NCBI GenBank assembly: GCA_963705705.1
Contig: CAVPKK010000005.1
Coordinates: forward strand, 192,001-256,000
Direction: 5' to 3'
Origin: an uncultured bacterium
Lineage (GTDB): Bacteria > Babelota > Babeliae > Babelales > JABCYS01
DNA length: 64,000 nucleotides
Shown here: piece by piece, positions 19,380-28,990 of the stretch
Layout: each line of letters starts with the position of its first letter
How positions within the stretch are numbered: the stretch's first letter is position 1
Program-made: the position numbers and the translations under genes
The notes under the pieces: generated by a model
The model's input: the letters and a program-made list of their open reading frames with translations, nothing else
What the model was told of the DNA's origin: nothing
Database searches by the model: none

Positions 19380-20818
19380 TGAGCATGGAAAAAGAAAAGC
19401 AAAATGTTCAGCAATCAGAACAGCCTTTCAACTGTGATCAAGAGGGATTTGGGACCGTTCGTCCTGAGTGTTTTGCGCAGCAAAATGTATCGAAGGATGC
19501 GAACGGCGAAATGAAGAACAGCGCGACACTAAGAACAAAACATCGTCGCTACTATCACACTTTACTCGAAAATTTTTACCGATTTGTAATCCCGCCAAAC
19601 ATGCGCGTGTTGCAAGTTGGTGACCGACATAGTTACCTGCTGAATGCAGTGCAACCGGTTTACGGTGTTCAAACGAATAATGTATTGGAACTCATCCCTG
19701 AGCCATTTGATTACATTATTCTTTCAAATACCACTATGGAAGTGGAAGATGTGCAATCTACATTGCAAAATCTGAAACCATTTTGCACACCAAGCACACG
19801 CATTGTTATTGATACCTACAACTATCTTTGGGAACCGGTATTGAAAATTGCCCAAAAATTAAAACTAGCTTCGTTTAAATCGTCACGCCATTGGCTTTCT
19901 CAATATGATTTGGTAAATCTACTTAACATTGCTGGTTTTGAGGTAGTAACAGCCAACCGTGACATGCTCGTTCCTATTTATATTCCCGGCGTTTCATGGT
20001 TTTTCAACAACATCATCGGTCCAGCACCTTTCATCAATAAACTCTGCTTAAGCTCGTGGATTATCGCTCGTCCAGGGCCGGTCGCCACCAATGCATCAGC
20101 ATCTGTGACCGTCGTCGTCCCGTGCCGCAACGAACGTGGCAATATTGAAGCCGCAATCACCCGCACGCCAAAAATGGGTTCGCATATGGAATTCATTTTT
20201 GTTGAAGGTCATTCCAAGGATGGCACACTTGATGAAATCAAACGTGTTGCCGCAGCATATCCAGATCATGATATTTCCTATTTTGTACAATCAGGTAAGG
20301 GTAAGGGCGGCGCCGTTCGCGAAGCATTTGCACGCGCCAAGGGTGATGTGCTTATGATTTTGGATGCAGATCTGACCATGCCACCAGAAGAGCTCCCTAA
20401 ATTTTATGACGCGCTGGTTTCCGGCAAGGGTGAATTTATTAATGGTTCACGATTGGTTTATGGCATGGAAGAGGAAGCTATGCGCTTTTTAAACCTGTTA
20501 GCTAACCACGGCTTCAGCTTAATCTTTACCTGGTTACTCAATCAGCGAGTAAAAGATACCTTATGCGGTACGAAGGTATTATATAAAAGGGATTATGAGC
20601 GCATCGTAACCGCCCGCCACTTTTTTGGTGACTTTGATCCCTATGGCGACTTTGATCTCTTATTCGGCGCCGCGAAACAAAATCTTAAAATTATAGATAT
20701 GCCAGTGCATTACAAAGCCAGGACCTATGGCACCAGCCAAATCAGCCGTTTTAGCGGAGGTGTTTTGTTGACGAGGATGAGTCTTATTGGCTGGCATAAA
20801 TTCAAATGGCGGGCGTAG
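19379..20818 (+). CDS. Degenerate methyltransferase-like domain fused to a GT2 (DPM-synthase-like) glycosyltransferase
   Basis: VVVPCRNE, GHSKDGT, GKG.A, ILDADL, DTLCGTK; TAATG coupling with fcl and an AGGAGG RBS. Confidence 0.88.
   Translation: MSMEKEKQNVQQSEQPFNCDQEGFGTVRPECFAQQNVSKDANGEMKNSATLRTKHRRYYHTLLENFYRFVIPPNMRVLQVGDRHSYLLNAVQPVYGVQTNNVLELIPEPFDYIILSNTTMEVEDVQSTLQNLKPFCTPSTRIVIDTYNYLWEPVLKIAQKLKLASFKSSRHWLSQYDLVNLLNIAGFEVVTANRDMLVPIYIPGVSWFFNNIIGPAPFINKLCLSSWIIARPGPVATNASASVTVVVPCRNERGNIEAAITRTPKMGSHMEFIFVEGHSKDGTLDEIKRVAAAYPDHDISYFVQSGKGKGGAVREAFARAKGDVLMILDADLTMPPEELPKFYDALVSGKGEFINGSRLVYGMEEEAMRFLNLLANHGFSLIFTWLLNQRVKDTLCGTKVLYKRDYERIVTARHFFGDFDPYGDFDLLFGAAKQNLKIIDMPVHYKARTYGTSQISRFSGGVLLTRMSLIGWHKFKWRA
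19455..19506 (+). repeat. Family A element, long-loop variant, in frame in the GT2 N-terminus
   Basis: ccgttcgtcctgagtg-ttttgc-gca-gcaaaa-tgtatcgaaggatgcgaacgg. Confidence 0.9.
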
Positions 20819-20827
20819 GAATATTTT

Positions 20828-21184
20828 ATGACGAGCCCCCTACATCTATCAGACTATTTCACCATCGCAGTTACTGTACCTGAAACACATGCTGATGAAA
20901 TAAGAAAAGCAATGGGAAACGCGGGAGCAGGAAAATTTGGCAACTATTCCTTTTGCAGTTTTTCTACCAAGGGCGTAGCTCGTTTTATGCCACATCATGA
21001 TGCGCAACCCTATCTGGGTTCTGCAGGAAAGCTTGAGGCGGTTGCTGAGGAGAAAATCGAGAGCGTATGCTCAAAAGAGCATCTTGAAAAAGTTATTGAG
21101 GCCATAAAACAAGCTCATCCATACGAAACAGCTCTTATCGATATCTATCCGATATATACGATAGGATGTAAACTTCCACCATAG
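20828..21184 (+). CDS. YqfO/NIF3 PII-like domain protein
   Basis: AGAGKFGNYSFCSF, P..G..G.LE.V.E.KIE, HPYE. Confidence 0.85.
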   Translation: MTSPLHLSDYFTIAVTVPETHADEIRKAMGNAGAGKFGNYSFCSFSTKGVARFMPHHDAQPYLGSAGKLEAVAEEKIESVCSKEHLEKVIEAIKQAHPYETALIDIYPIYTIGCKLPP

Positions 21185-21262
21185 ATGAATCAGTACATTT
21201 CAAAAAAAGCTTAACATTCGGCAACAAAACTCTAGATAACAACCTTTTATAAGGAACAAACT

Positions 21263-21643
21263 ATGGCAATTCAAAGCATCAATCTTGGATGGATTCTTGT
21301 TAAAGACCACGAAAAAGCAGTAGCCTTTTTCCAACAATTAGGCCTCAAACTTACTTCCCATGAGCCAACATATGGCTGGGCAGAATTTGTAGGGCCACAA
21401 GGCGGCACAGCATTGGGCGTTGGAACTGATAATCCAGAAACAGCCGCTTCTCATGGAAATCTTAAGGCAGGATCAAACGCAGTCATGACATTTACCGTTG
21501 ATGACGTTGTGAAAACAAAGGCGGAATTCGAAAAGCTAGGCGTCAAATTTTTCGGCGACATCATAGAAATACCGGGCCATGTAAAAATGGCAACCTTTGT
21601 TGACCCAGATAACAATGTGTTCCAGATCGTGCAAATGATGTAG
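21263..21643 (+). CDS. VOC/glyoxalase family protein
   Basis: VKD.EKA..FF, F.VDDV, F.DPDNN patterns. Confidence 0.88.
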   Translation: MAIQSINLGWILVKDHEKAVAFFQQLGLKLTSHEPTYGWAEFVGPQGGTALGVGTDNPETAASHGNLKAGSNAVMTFTVDDVVKTKAEFEKLGVKFFGDIIEIPGHVKMATFVDPDNNVFQIVQMM

Positions 21644-21667
21644 GCAAAATAATTAGCAATAAAACAT

Positions 21668-23353
21668 ATGCTGCTGTTACTACTTTTTGCAATCATTGCC
21701 GGTATCGTTACCACCTTATCGCCATGCATATTACCCGTGTTGCCTTTGCTGCTTGCAGCAGGCGCCGGTCAAGGAAAGTATAGGCCCTATGCCATCATCA
21801 TAGGGCTTATTGCTAGCTTTTCATTTTTTACTCTATTCCTGACTTCTATCATTCATCTTACTGGTCTCTCACCAAATATTCTGCGTTATATTGCCATCGC
21901 TTTATTCATTCTCTTTGGTCTCATCATGCTTTTTCCGTCGTTGGAATTAGCATTCACTAAATTAGTATCTCCGCTGGTAAATCTTGGGTCTCGGGCAGAG
22001 CAGACGACAGCATCCGACACGGGAATTTTTTCTGGCCTTATATTTGGGGCTGCATTGGGCTTAGTATGGGCCCCTTGCGCCGGACCAATTTTGGCTGCGA
22101 TAACTACATTAGCAGCAACAGGAGCGGTAACTGCTCAAGCAATTCTATTAACCCTGGCCTATAGCGTAGGCACTGCGTTGCCCATGTTCTTTATCATGTA
22201 TGGTGGCAGTTCCATCGTCAGTTTTATCTCGCCATATAGTGAATCGATACGCAAAATATTTGGTGGTTTGATGATTTGCGGTGCGCTTGCGATTGCGCTT
22301 CATGCAGATATGTGGCTGCAGCAAATCACGCCTCGCTATGTGCCATCATTGGGCGTAGAAGATAATCCTGCGGTATTAAAAGAGTTGAAACAATTACAAA
22401 GAAAGGTTGGCATGAGTAATAAAGCGCCAAAGATTGGCAATCAAGCGCCAGATTTTGTGGGCATTACCGCCTGGTTAAATTCGCCTGAATTGACCATGGA
22501 TGATCTAAAAGGCAAGGTGGTTCTCGTTGATTTCTGGACCTATAGCTGCATCAATTGTATTCGAACACTCCCATATCTTAAAAAATGGTATCAAGAGTAT
22601 AAGGATAAAGGATTTGTTATCGTCGGTGTGCATACGCCAGAATTTGCTTTTGAGCATGATGCCAAAAATGTAGAAGCGGCCGCTCAACGATTAGGCGTGG
22701 CGTATCCCATAGCATTAGATAATGACTATGGCACCTGGAAAAATTATGATAATCGCTATTGGCCAGCTCATTATCTGATAGATCAGCAAGGCATCATTCG
22801 TGAAATACATTTCGGTGAGGGCGGATACGATAGTACAGAAAATATGATTCGCTCATTGCTTGGCCTACCTTCAATAACCGAGCATGAAAAGCCTGGAAAA
22901 TTATTTGTTTCTCAATCGCCTGAAACCTATCTGGGATACAAACGAGCAGCGCATTATCCTTATTCGCTACAAATACAGCATGATGTTACTGCCACTTATA
23001 GTTACCCCGGCCGAGTAGGTGAAGATGAAGTTGTATTAGCTGGCAAATGGCTGATCTCGGATGAATCAATAACATCGGAAGATGATCATGCAGAACTTAA
23101 ATTAAATTTCAGAGCTCAGCATGTGTATGTGGTAATGTCAGCCAAACAACCATCATTAGTTTCCGTCCTTTTAGACGATAAGCCTATTCCGACGGAAGCA
23201 AGAACCAAAGATATGGATGAGACCGGTCAGATTCGTGTGCAAGAGTCACGTATGTATTCGATCGTTGATTTGCAAAAAGCAGGACGCCATGTTCTCACTT
23301 TGCAGATCCCGCAGGGCATTTCGTTGTATGCGTTTACATTCGGTACTGATTAG
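21668..23353 (+). CDS. dipZ: DipZ-like CcdA/thioredoxin fusion
   Basis: SPCILPVLP and WAPCAGP CcdA Cys pair; DFWTYSCINC, HTPEF, SPETYLG; C-terminal AFTFG. Confidence 0.92.
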   Translation: MLLLLLFAIIAGIVTTLSPCILPVLPLLLAAGAGQGKYRPYAIIIGLIASFSFFTLFLTSIIHLTGLSPNILRYIAIALFILFGLIMLFPSLELAFTKLVSPLVNLGSRAEQTTASDTGIFSGLIFGAALGLVWAPCAGPILAAITTLAATGAVTAQAILLTLAYSVGTALPMFFIMYGGSSIVSFISPYSESIRKIFGGLMICGALAIALHADMWLQQITPRYVPSLGVEDNPAVLKELKQLQRKVGMSNKAPKIGNQAPDFVGITAWLNSPELTMDDLKGKVVLVDFWTYSCINCIRTLPYLKKWYQEYKDKGFVIVGVHTPEFAFEHDAKNVEAAAQRLGVAYPIALDNDYGTWKNYDNRYWPAHYLIDQQGIIREIHFGEGGYDSTENMIRSLLGLPSITEHEKPGKLFVSQSPETYLGYKRAAHYPYSLQIQHDVTATYSYPGRVGEDEVVLAGKWLISDESITSEDDHAELKLNFRAQHVYVVMSAKQPSLVSVLLDDKPIPTEARTKDMDETGQIRVQESRMYSIVDLQKAGRHVLTLQIPQGISLYAFTFGTD

Positions 23354-23377
23354 CCCGCATTTGATGGATTATCGGAG

Positions 23378-23809
23378 TTATTCTTCTGAGGGCAATTGCT
23401 TTTTTAGCTGTTCAATCATAGCAATATGCCCTTGGGTTGCCTGTATCTTTTCTTCATACAAAGCCTGCAGATCACTTTTTAACTTTATCAATTCAGCTTG
23501 GCGAGCGTTTTTTTCTGCTTCTGTCGCGGCTTGTTCACTGCTAAATTGCAAATACATTCTCTGGTTTATTGGGTTTGCTATTTTCGCTGCCTGAAGCTTT
23601 TGCGCCTCATATTGCGCGATTCTCGAATCATGTTGGTTAATTAACCTGTTGCATTCGCTAACTTGTTCAAGCAGCCGCGCGATTGCTTGCTCTATAGTTG
23701 GACGAGCTGTTTCAGCTGTGTCAGAGGTTGAATAGAGTACTGACATAGTCAGGTTAGCAAGTAACAGTACCGCCAAGTGAGAAAAATTTTTCATAAACAT
23801 TGACCTCAT
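23378..23809 (-). CDS. Hypothetical secreted coiled-coil protein
   Basis: Signal-like N-terminus and a Q/E/A/K-rich helical body; start may be a downstream Met. Confidence 0.6.
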   Translation of the reverse strand: MRSMFMKNFSHLAVLLLANLTMSVLYSTSDTAETARPTIEQAIARLLEQVSECNRLINQHDSRIAQYEAQKLQAAKIANPINQRMYLQFSSEQAATEAEKNARQAELIKLKSDLQALYEEKIQATQGHIAMIEQLKKQLPSEE

Positions 23810-23836
23810 TAAATAGGAAGAGAATTAAAAATAGAG

Positions 23837-25045
23837 CTACTCACGAGCCAAAATCAAAATAGCATCCGAAACCGGCCGCTCCATACTGGGGCCGCGCCGA
23901 ATGCTTACGGTGTCTCCCGATGGAGAATTGACCAGCTTGCCACCTACAATCATGGTCGATGAGCCGCCGCCATCGAGATTAATTGCTGAAATACAACCCA
24001 CATCTTTAAAATATTGAGCTAATTCTAGCAACGACATGCCAATACTATGATCTTGTCGGCCATCAACAACTACTAGCAACCAGCGTCCGTCAGGAAATAA
24101 ACCAACCGCGGTTCGTGGATGTCTCATGCTGCTAAATTCAGATTTTGAGTCTAGTATCGCTGGGAGAATTTCTCCATTCAATAATAACACTGGTATTGTG
24201 CCACGAAGGTATGTCATATTTTTTAGTGTGGCAGGCTCTATATCCGGAGACAGAAAAGACAAGCTTAGTTCGGCTTCATCTCCTATGGCGATATGATCTA
24301 CTTTTTTTTTAGGTGCAGAATATACAAATCCATCGGCTGGCACTAACGATTCACCGCCACGTCTTTTATCAACAACACGACCGTTGCGTACAATGACATC
24401 AATAAATTTTCTCTTTTGCGGCCTTTTCTTTTTAAAAGCCGGCGTATATAAGATCGCCCCTGATGCGCGTGGTTTATTTACGTCGTTTACCGGAAATGGG
24501 TTGCCATCAAAATATACCATGAATGACGTGGCGCAATGGCCGATCACTGCATCACCCTCATCATTCCAGCCAAGGATGCCAAGGCGTGCTACAGGTAAGC
24601 CATTAAGCGCGGGTCCAACTTCAGTCCGCTCTTTGGAAATAGCGTGCCATTGATCTCCTATTTTGGAAGCAAAAACTGGATAGGCATCGTATGTGTTTAA
24701 TCCCAGGATTCGTAAGCATCGTAGCATACGATCTATAACGTGATTATACGCTTGAAAATCCCAAAAGCCGCCATTGATTGCTGCCAGCACATTGTTGTTT
24801 TCTGCAAGCTGGGACGTCGGTAAGGCATCGCCGCAACTCTCGCTTGCGGCCAATACAATCTGAGCTTTTTTGGGATCAACGATCAAATAGTAAAGTGCCA
24901 CCTGATTTGGATGTTCATTGCGGATGGTAACACCATACTCAATGCCATTGGCCTTTAGATTTTCATACTTATTGGAATGCTCAAAATTGGTATTTGCTAT
25001 TAACGATAGTGGAAGTGCTAAGAAAAATAATAAAAAACTGAACAC
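23837..25045 (-). CDS. Phosphodiester glycosidase (NAGPA-like) family protein, exported
   Basis: AAINGGF, HPRTAVG, VVDGR, AINLDGGGSS; start reassigned to GTG 25045 after GAGGA because the longer ORF overlaps the tRNA. Confidence 0.88.
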   Translation of the reverse strand: MFSFLLFFLALPLSLIANTNFEHSNKYENLKANGIEYGVTIRNEHPNQVALYYLIVDPKKAQIVLAASESCGDALPTSQLAENNNVLAAINGGFWDFQAYNHVIDRMLRCLRILGLNTYDAYPVFASKIGDQWHAISKERTEVGPALNGLPVARLGILGWNDEGDAVIGHCATSFMVYFDGNPFPVNDVNKPRASGAILYTPAFKKKRPQKRKFIDVIVRNGRVVDKRRGGESLVPADGFVYSAPKKKVDHIAIGDEAELSLSFLSPDIEPATLKNMTYLRGTIPVLLLNGEILPAILDSKSEFSSMRHPRTAVGLFPDGRWLLVVVDGRQDHSIGMSLLELAQYFKDVGCISAINLDGGGSSTMIVGGKLVNSPSGDTVSIRRGPSMERPVSDAILILARE

Positions 25046-25066
25046 GAATGGTCCTCGAGAGGAGAA

Positions 25067-25143
25067 TGGTGTGCCCGGCAGGACTTGAACCTGCGACATT
25101 CAGATTAGAAATCTGATGCTCTATCCAGCTGAGCTACGGGCAC
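25067..25143 (-). tRNA. tRNA-Arg(UCU)
   Basis: Reverse complement gtgcccgtagctcagctggatagagcatcaga-tttctaa-tctgaatgtcgcaggttcaagtcctgccgggcacacca; cloverleaf, TCT anticodon, encoded CCA. Confidence 0.97.
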
Positions 25144-25184
25144 ATACTTCGGAAAGGTCTCGGCGGCGGAACTAGGCAAAAGAA

Positions 25185-25460
25185 TTAGCTCATTCGCGCG
25201 GTCAGAGGGTACTTTTCAGGGTTTTCAAAAATATCTGTACTTAAATCAATGTCAAGGTCAGGCCAATATAGATAATGCTCATGAGAGAATTCAATATTAA
25301 AAATCTCTTTAATTTTTGCATTCAAAAACCACGGATATTCAGAATAGGGCAAAAAATATTCTTTGCCTGCCACTAATAGCCAAATCCCTCGTTCGGTTAT
25401 GTCCGAAACTTCAACCTTTTTTGAAGAACTTTTTCCAAGCTTTTTTGAATTCTTCAGCAT
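25185..25460 (-). CDS. DUF2442 family protein (predicted TA partner)
   Basis: GIWLL..GKEYFLPY..YPWF...I, YWPDLDIDLS...PEKYPL; start taken at MLKNS. Confidence 0.8.
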   Translation of the reverse strand: MLKNSKKLGKSSSKKVEVSDITERGIWLLVAGKEYFLPYSEYPWFLNAKIKEIFNIEFSHEHYLYWPDLDIDLSTDIFENPEKYPLTARMS

Positions 25461-25653
25461 GTTTTTCCACCAATTTTTGAAGTTCTCTAATTTGTTTATC
25501 TGATAATCCATGATAGTTAGCTAATGCAATCGTTGGCTCCAGCCAAAACTTGGCTATCCCATCTGGACATTGAACATGCACATGCATGCGGTCTTCTTCT
25601 TTTGCAAAAAAATTAATGCGATAATTTTTGTATCTCAATAATGTCGGAGCCAT
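25411..25653 (-). CDS. DUF4160 family protein (predicted TA partner)
   Basis: PT......RI.FF..E...MHVHV...G.AKFWL.P and C-terminal AW..FF. Confidence 0.85.
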   Translation of the reverse strand: MAPTLLRYKNYRINFFAKEEDRMHVHVQCPDGIAKFWLEPTIALANYHGLSDKQIRELQKLVEKHAEEFKKAWKKFFKKG

Positions 25654-25732
25654 TCATTTCCCTTTTTGGTTAAGTTAAAGCTAGCACAGGCACTACCACG
25701 TTGCAATTGGTCTCTCTTCAACAATCGGGTCA

Positions 25733-27226
25733 TTAACCAAAAATCGCTGTAAATTCCTTGGCCGCAGCCCGCAATGTAACGCGATCTTCGTCGCTCAAAT
25801 CACCTGATTTTAGAATTCGTTGATATTGATCTGGGTATACCGCACGTGCATAACTTACAAATTGTGTGGCAAACATCCGCACTTGATTGAGTGGCAATGG
25901 ATCAAGGAAATTTTCTTGTAATAAGAATAGCATCAACGTTTGATCAGCAAACGAATACGTGATCAATTCCGGTTGCTTGAGAATTTCCATGATAATGGCG
26001 CCGCGCGCAAGACTTTTTTGCGATATAGGGTCGAGTTCGGTACCAAATTGTGCAAAGTCCAACAGTTCTCGATATTGTGTAAGTTCGAGCCGCAATGCCT
26101 TGATTACCTTCTTGATCGCCTTAGTTTGTGCAGCTCCGCCAACGCGGGAAACAGAGAGCTCAGCACTTACCGCCGGCCGCATGCCTTGATTGAATAATTT
26201 AGTTTCCAAAAATATTTGGCCATCAGTGATCGAAATTAAATTTGTTGGAATGTATGCACTGATATCGTCCCCTTGAATTTCAGCGATTGGCAATGCGGTC
26301 AGCGATCCACCACTTGCCAGCTTACCAGCCCGCTCAAGCAATCGTGAGTGCAGGTAAAACACATCGCCAGGATACGCTTCGCGGCCTGGTGGTCTTCGCA
26401 TCAATAGTGACATTTCACGATAAGCAACGGCGTGATTGCTCAAGTCGTCATATACAATAAGCACATCTTTTTTCTGTTCGCGGAAATATTCGGCGATGGT
26501 GCAGCCTACATATGGCGATAAATATTGATTAATGACCGTTTCGCTTGCTTCTGCAGCAATAACAACGGTGTAATCCATGGCGCCATGTTGCTCTAGCGTG
26601 CGTACCAAACGTGCTAAATTTGCTTGGCGTTGACCAATAGATACATACACGCATATTACATTTTTATCTTTTTGATGAAGTATGGTTGAAAGAGCGACGG
26701 TAGTTTTGCCGGTATTACGATTGCCAATGATTAATTCACGTTGCCCTTTGCCTATTGGAACTAGTGCATCTATAGCAATTATACCGGTTTCGAGTGACTC
26801 GTTGACTGGGCTTCGTTCGATAATGCCGGGTATCTCGTGCTCTACGGGACGAAGATCACGTGCCTTTAATTCGCCAAGTCCATCTATAGGTTTGCCTAAT
26901 GCATTAATAACACGACCGAGTAGCTGCGCGCCGACTTGTGTTTTAAATACACCACCGGTGCGTTGTGCAATTTCGAATTCGCTGACTGGGATGTTGTTGT
27001 ATAGCAAGAATACGGAAACATAGTCTTCATCAAGATTCATGATGATACCTTTGTTGCCGCCTTCAAATTTAACTAATTCGCCGAATACTGCGTTGGTCAG
27101 CCCATGGATGCGGCAAATGTTGTCTCCTATTTGGACAACAATACCAATCTCTTCAAGTTTCTCTTGTGGCAAACCGGTAATGGTTTGCTCGAATAATGAT
27201 ATGAGATCTGTACTTTTGAGTTCCAT
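25733..27226 (-). CDS. atpA: F1 ATP synthase subunit alpha
   Basis: PIGKGQRELIIGNRNTGKT, YDDLS, RRPPGREAYPGDVFYLHSRLLERA, SITDGQIFL, SVSRVGGAAQ. Confidence 0.98.
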   Translation of the reverse strand: MELKSTDLISLFEQTITGLPQEKLEEIGIVVQIGDNICRIHGLTNAVFGELVKFEGGNKGIIMNLDEDYVSVFLLYNNIPVSEFEIAQRTGGVFKTQVGAQLLGRVINALGKPIDGLGELKARDLRPVEHEIPGIIERSPVNESLETGIIAIDALVPIGKGQRELIIGNRNTGKTTVALSTILHQKDKNVICVYVSIGQRQANLARLVRTLEQHGAMDYTVVIAAEASETVINQYLSPYVGCTIAEYFREQKKDVLIVYDDLSNHAVAYREMSLLMRRPPGREAYPGDVFYLHSRLLERAGKLASGGSLTALPIAEIQGDDISAYIPTNLISITDGQIFLETKLFNQGMRPAVSAELSVSRVGGAAQTKAIKKVIKALRLELTQYRELLDFAQFGTELDPISQKSLARGAIIMEILKQPELITYSFADQTLMLFLLQENFLDPLPLNQVRMFATQFVSYARAVYPDQYQRILKSGDLSDEDRVTLRAAAKEFTAIFG

Positions 27227-27288
27227 ATTAACCTTAATTACTTAGCAAGTTGTTAGTGTCTGTAAGTTTCTTGCTAAGGTTCCGTTCT

Positions 27289-27828
27289 CTAAAAAGTTGA
27301 ATATTTAACATCGCGCAATTGTTTCCTAACAGAATGCTCCCAGCCAAGATTATCACTTTGCATGCGCACGCCGGCTATTAATTGAGGATCAATCCGATAT
27401 GTTGATCGAATGCGCTTGCCAGTCGCCTGAGCCAATAATTTAATTAATACGTTACGCTCTGATTTATCAAGTTCATGTGATGAAGCAATAGTAAATTCTA
27501 CCATATGTTCACGGTGGCAATATAATTCACGAATATGATGTAAGATGCTTGGTAATGCTAGTACACGTCGATGGCGTATTAAAAGTAGTAGCAGGCGTTT
27601 GAAAAATTCCGCTGCATGAAAACCGTTTGCCAATGAATCTACCAACATGTGCATCTTAGCGGGTTCTAAAATTGGAACATTAAGAAGACCTAATGCACTG
27701 CGATGTTTAATAAAAAAAGTTCTTAATTCACCTGCATATTCATAATCATGTTCGTCAAATGAATCGCCCGCAACGATAAAAAATGCAGTAGCATACTTAC
27801 GAGCCAATGCGGCATACTCAAACGCCAT
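27289..27828 (-). CDS. atpH: ATP synthase subunit delta
   Basis: ARKYA.A, LL..RR, IDPQLIAGV..., S.R.QL; operon position. Confidence 0.88.
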   Translation of the reverse strand: MAFEYAALARKYATAFFIVAGDSFDEHDYEYAGELRTFFIKHRSALGLLNVPILEPAKMHMLVDSLANGFHAAEFFKRLLLLLIRHRRVLALPSILHHIRELYCHREHMVEFTIASSHELDKSERNVLIKLLAQATGKRIRSTYRIDPQLIAGVRMQSDNLGWEHSVRKQLRDVKYSTF

Positions 27829-28330
27829 GATGATGCCCTTTGGCTGAAAGTTGTGTGAGATGTTCTATGGCGTTATGGATATAAGCCTCGCCTTTTTTAG
27901 GATTAGCAAATTGTTGTGCGACTGCTTGTGTTGCACCTGCGATGGCCGTTGGCATCAGATGTGCCTGCGCATAATGCAGTAATAATCCTTGTTGCTGTCG
28001 CTCATGCCGTACATGAATTTTTTTTACTAATTCCTCTTGCTCGCGCCGCCAGGTGGCTACCAATGAGGCTTCGTGTTCTTGCCATTGCTGTACACGTTGA
28101 GCAAGTGATTGGCAATATTTTTTTTGATTTTGTGCAGCTTCATTTAATTCATCGAATAGTAATTCAGATTTTGTGATGGCTTTTTTCAACGCATCATGCG
28201 CAGCGTCAGATTGAGCCATTGCATCTTCCAACTGCTTTTTCGTTCGTGTTTGATATACGTACCATGCGACACCAGCAAGTATCACTACATTGAGTATATT
28301 GAAAAATATGGAGACTATATTTTCACTCAT
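27818..28330 (-). CDS. atpF: ATP synthase subunit b (divergent)
   Basis: N-terminal TM (FNILNVVIL) plus coiled coil; AGGA RBS before ATG 28330; operon position. Confidence 0.7.
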   Translation of the reverse strand: MSENIVSIFFNILNVVILAGVAWYVYQTRTKKQLEDAMAQSDAAHDALKKAITKSELLFDELNEAAQNQKKYCQSLAQRVQQWQEHEASLVATWRREQEELVKKIHVRHERQQQGLLLHYAQAHLMPTAIAGATQAVAQQFANPKKGEAYIHNAIEHLTQLSAKGHHHGV

Positions 28331-28343
28331 GAATATTCCTGAT

Positions 28344-28392
28344 CCGCTCATCCTGAGTGTTTTGCTTTGCTAAATGTATCGAAGGAATGAGC
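28344..28392 (+). repeat. Family A element, long-loop variant, forming the 3' end and stop codon of the b'-like gene
   Basis: ccgctcatcctgagtgttttgctttgctaaatgtatcgaaggaatgagc. Confidence 0.88.
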
Positions 28393-28731
28393 AATCTGTT
28401 CGCTGAGTTGGCTTATGATCTCATGCCGCTTTTCTTGCGGCAGCTCGATTTGTTCTAAAGATGGAATTGGTGGCACAAATTGGGCTGGCGAAGCAAGTAG
28501 AGGCTTTTTCGATTTTAATGATTCATGACACTCACGCCATTCGGCATGTTTAACCTCTTCTGCCTTTTCAACATTTTGCTCGTGTTTATGCAAACGGTCC
28601 TTTAGCTGCCGCTGCTCGGCTTCTTCTTGTTGCAGCGCCTGTACAATTGGAACAAATAAAAATCGGCGCAATAACCAATAGGCCAAAAGAAAATGGATTA
28701 TTTGTACCAAGAGGGTGAGGTTAATTGACAT
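28348..28731 (-). CDS. ATP synthase subunit b'-like
   Basis: INLTLLVQIIHFLLAYWLLRRFLFVPI b-subunit signature; lies between atpE and atpF. Confidence 0.8.
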   Translation of the reverse strand: MSINLTLLVQIIHFLLAYWLLRRFLFVPIVQALQQEEAEQRQLKDRLHKHEQNVEKAEEVKHAEWRECHESLKSKKPLLASPAQFVPPIPSLEQIELPQEKRHEIISQLSEQIAHSFDTFSKAKHSG

Positions 28732-28735
28732 GTCA

Positions 28736-28981
28736 TTAGCTATTTCTAAAAATCAGCAGAATCGAAATTAGAAATGCAAACACTGCTGATGATTCTACCA
28801 ATGCCATTGCCAAAAACATTGCTGTTTGTAGGCGGCCGGCGCTTTCGGGGAATTTTCCAATATTCTCTACTCCCTTGGTACCAATCATACCCTGACCCAA
28901 TGCGGGTCCGATGGTGGCGATTCCCATCGTAAAAGCGGCACCGAGCATTGCGGCTGCCTGCACTAGTAACGGACTATCCAT
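28736..28981 (-). CDS. atpE: ATP synthase subunit c
   Basis: Two TM helices, GPALGQG, PE loop, ion-binding Glu in ALVESS. Confidence 0.95.
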   Translation of the reverse strand: MDSPLLVQAAAMLGAAFTMGIATIGPALGQGMIGTKGVENIGKFPESAGRLQTAMFLAMALVESSAVFAFLISILLIFRNS

Positions 28982-28990
28982 ATATTTCTC

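Noticed and set aside
25046..25099. ORF-track N-terminal extension of the NAGPA-like gene
   Set aside because: It overlaps the tRNA-Arg; an RBS-supported GTG at 25045 gives a normal signal peptide.
25067..25143. tRNA as the attachment site of an integrated island
   Set aside because: No integrase and no duplicated tRNA 3' end were noticed in the window.
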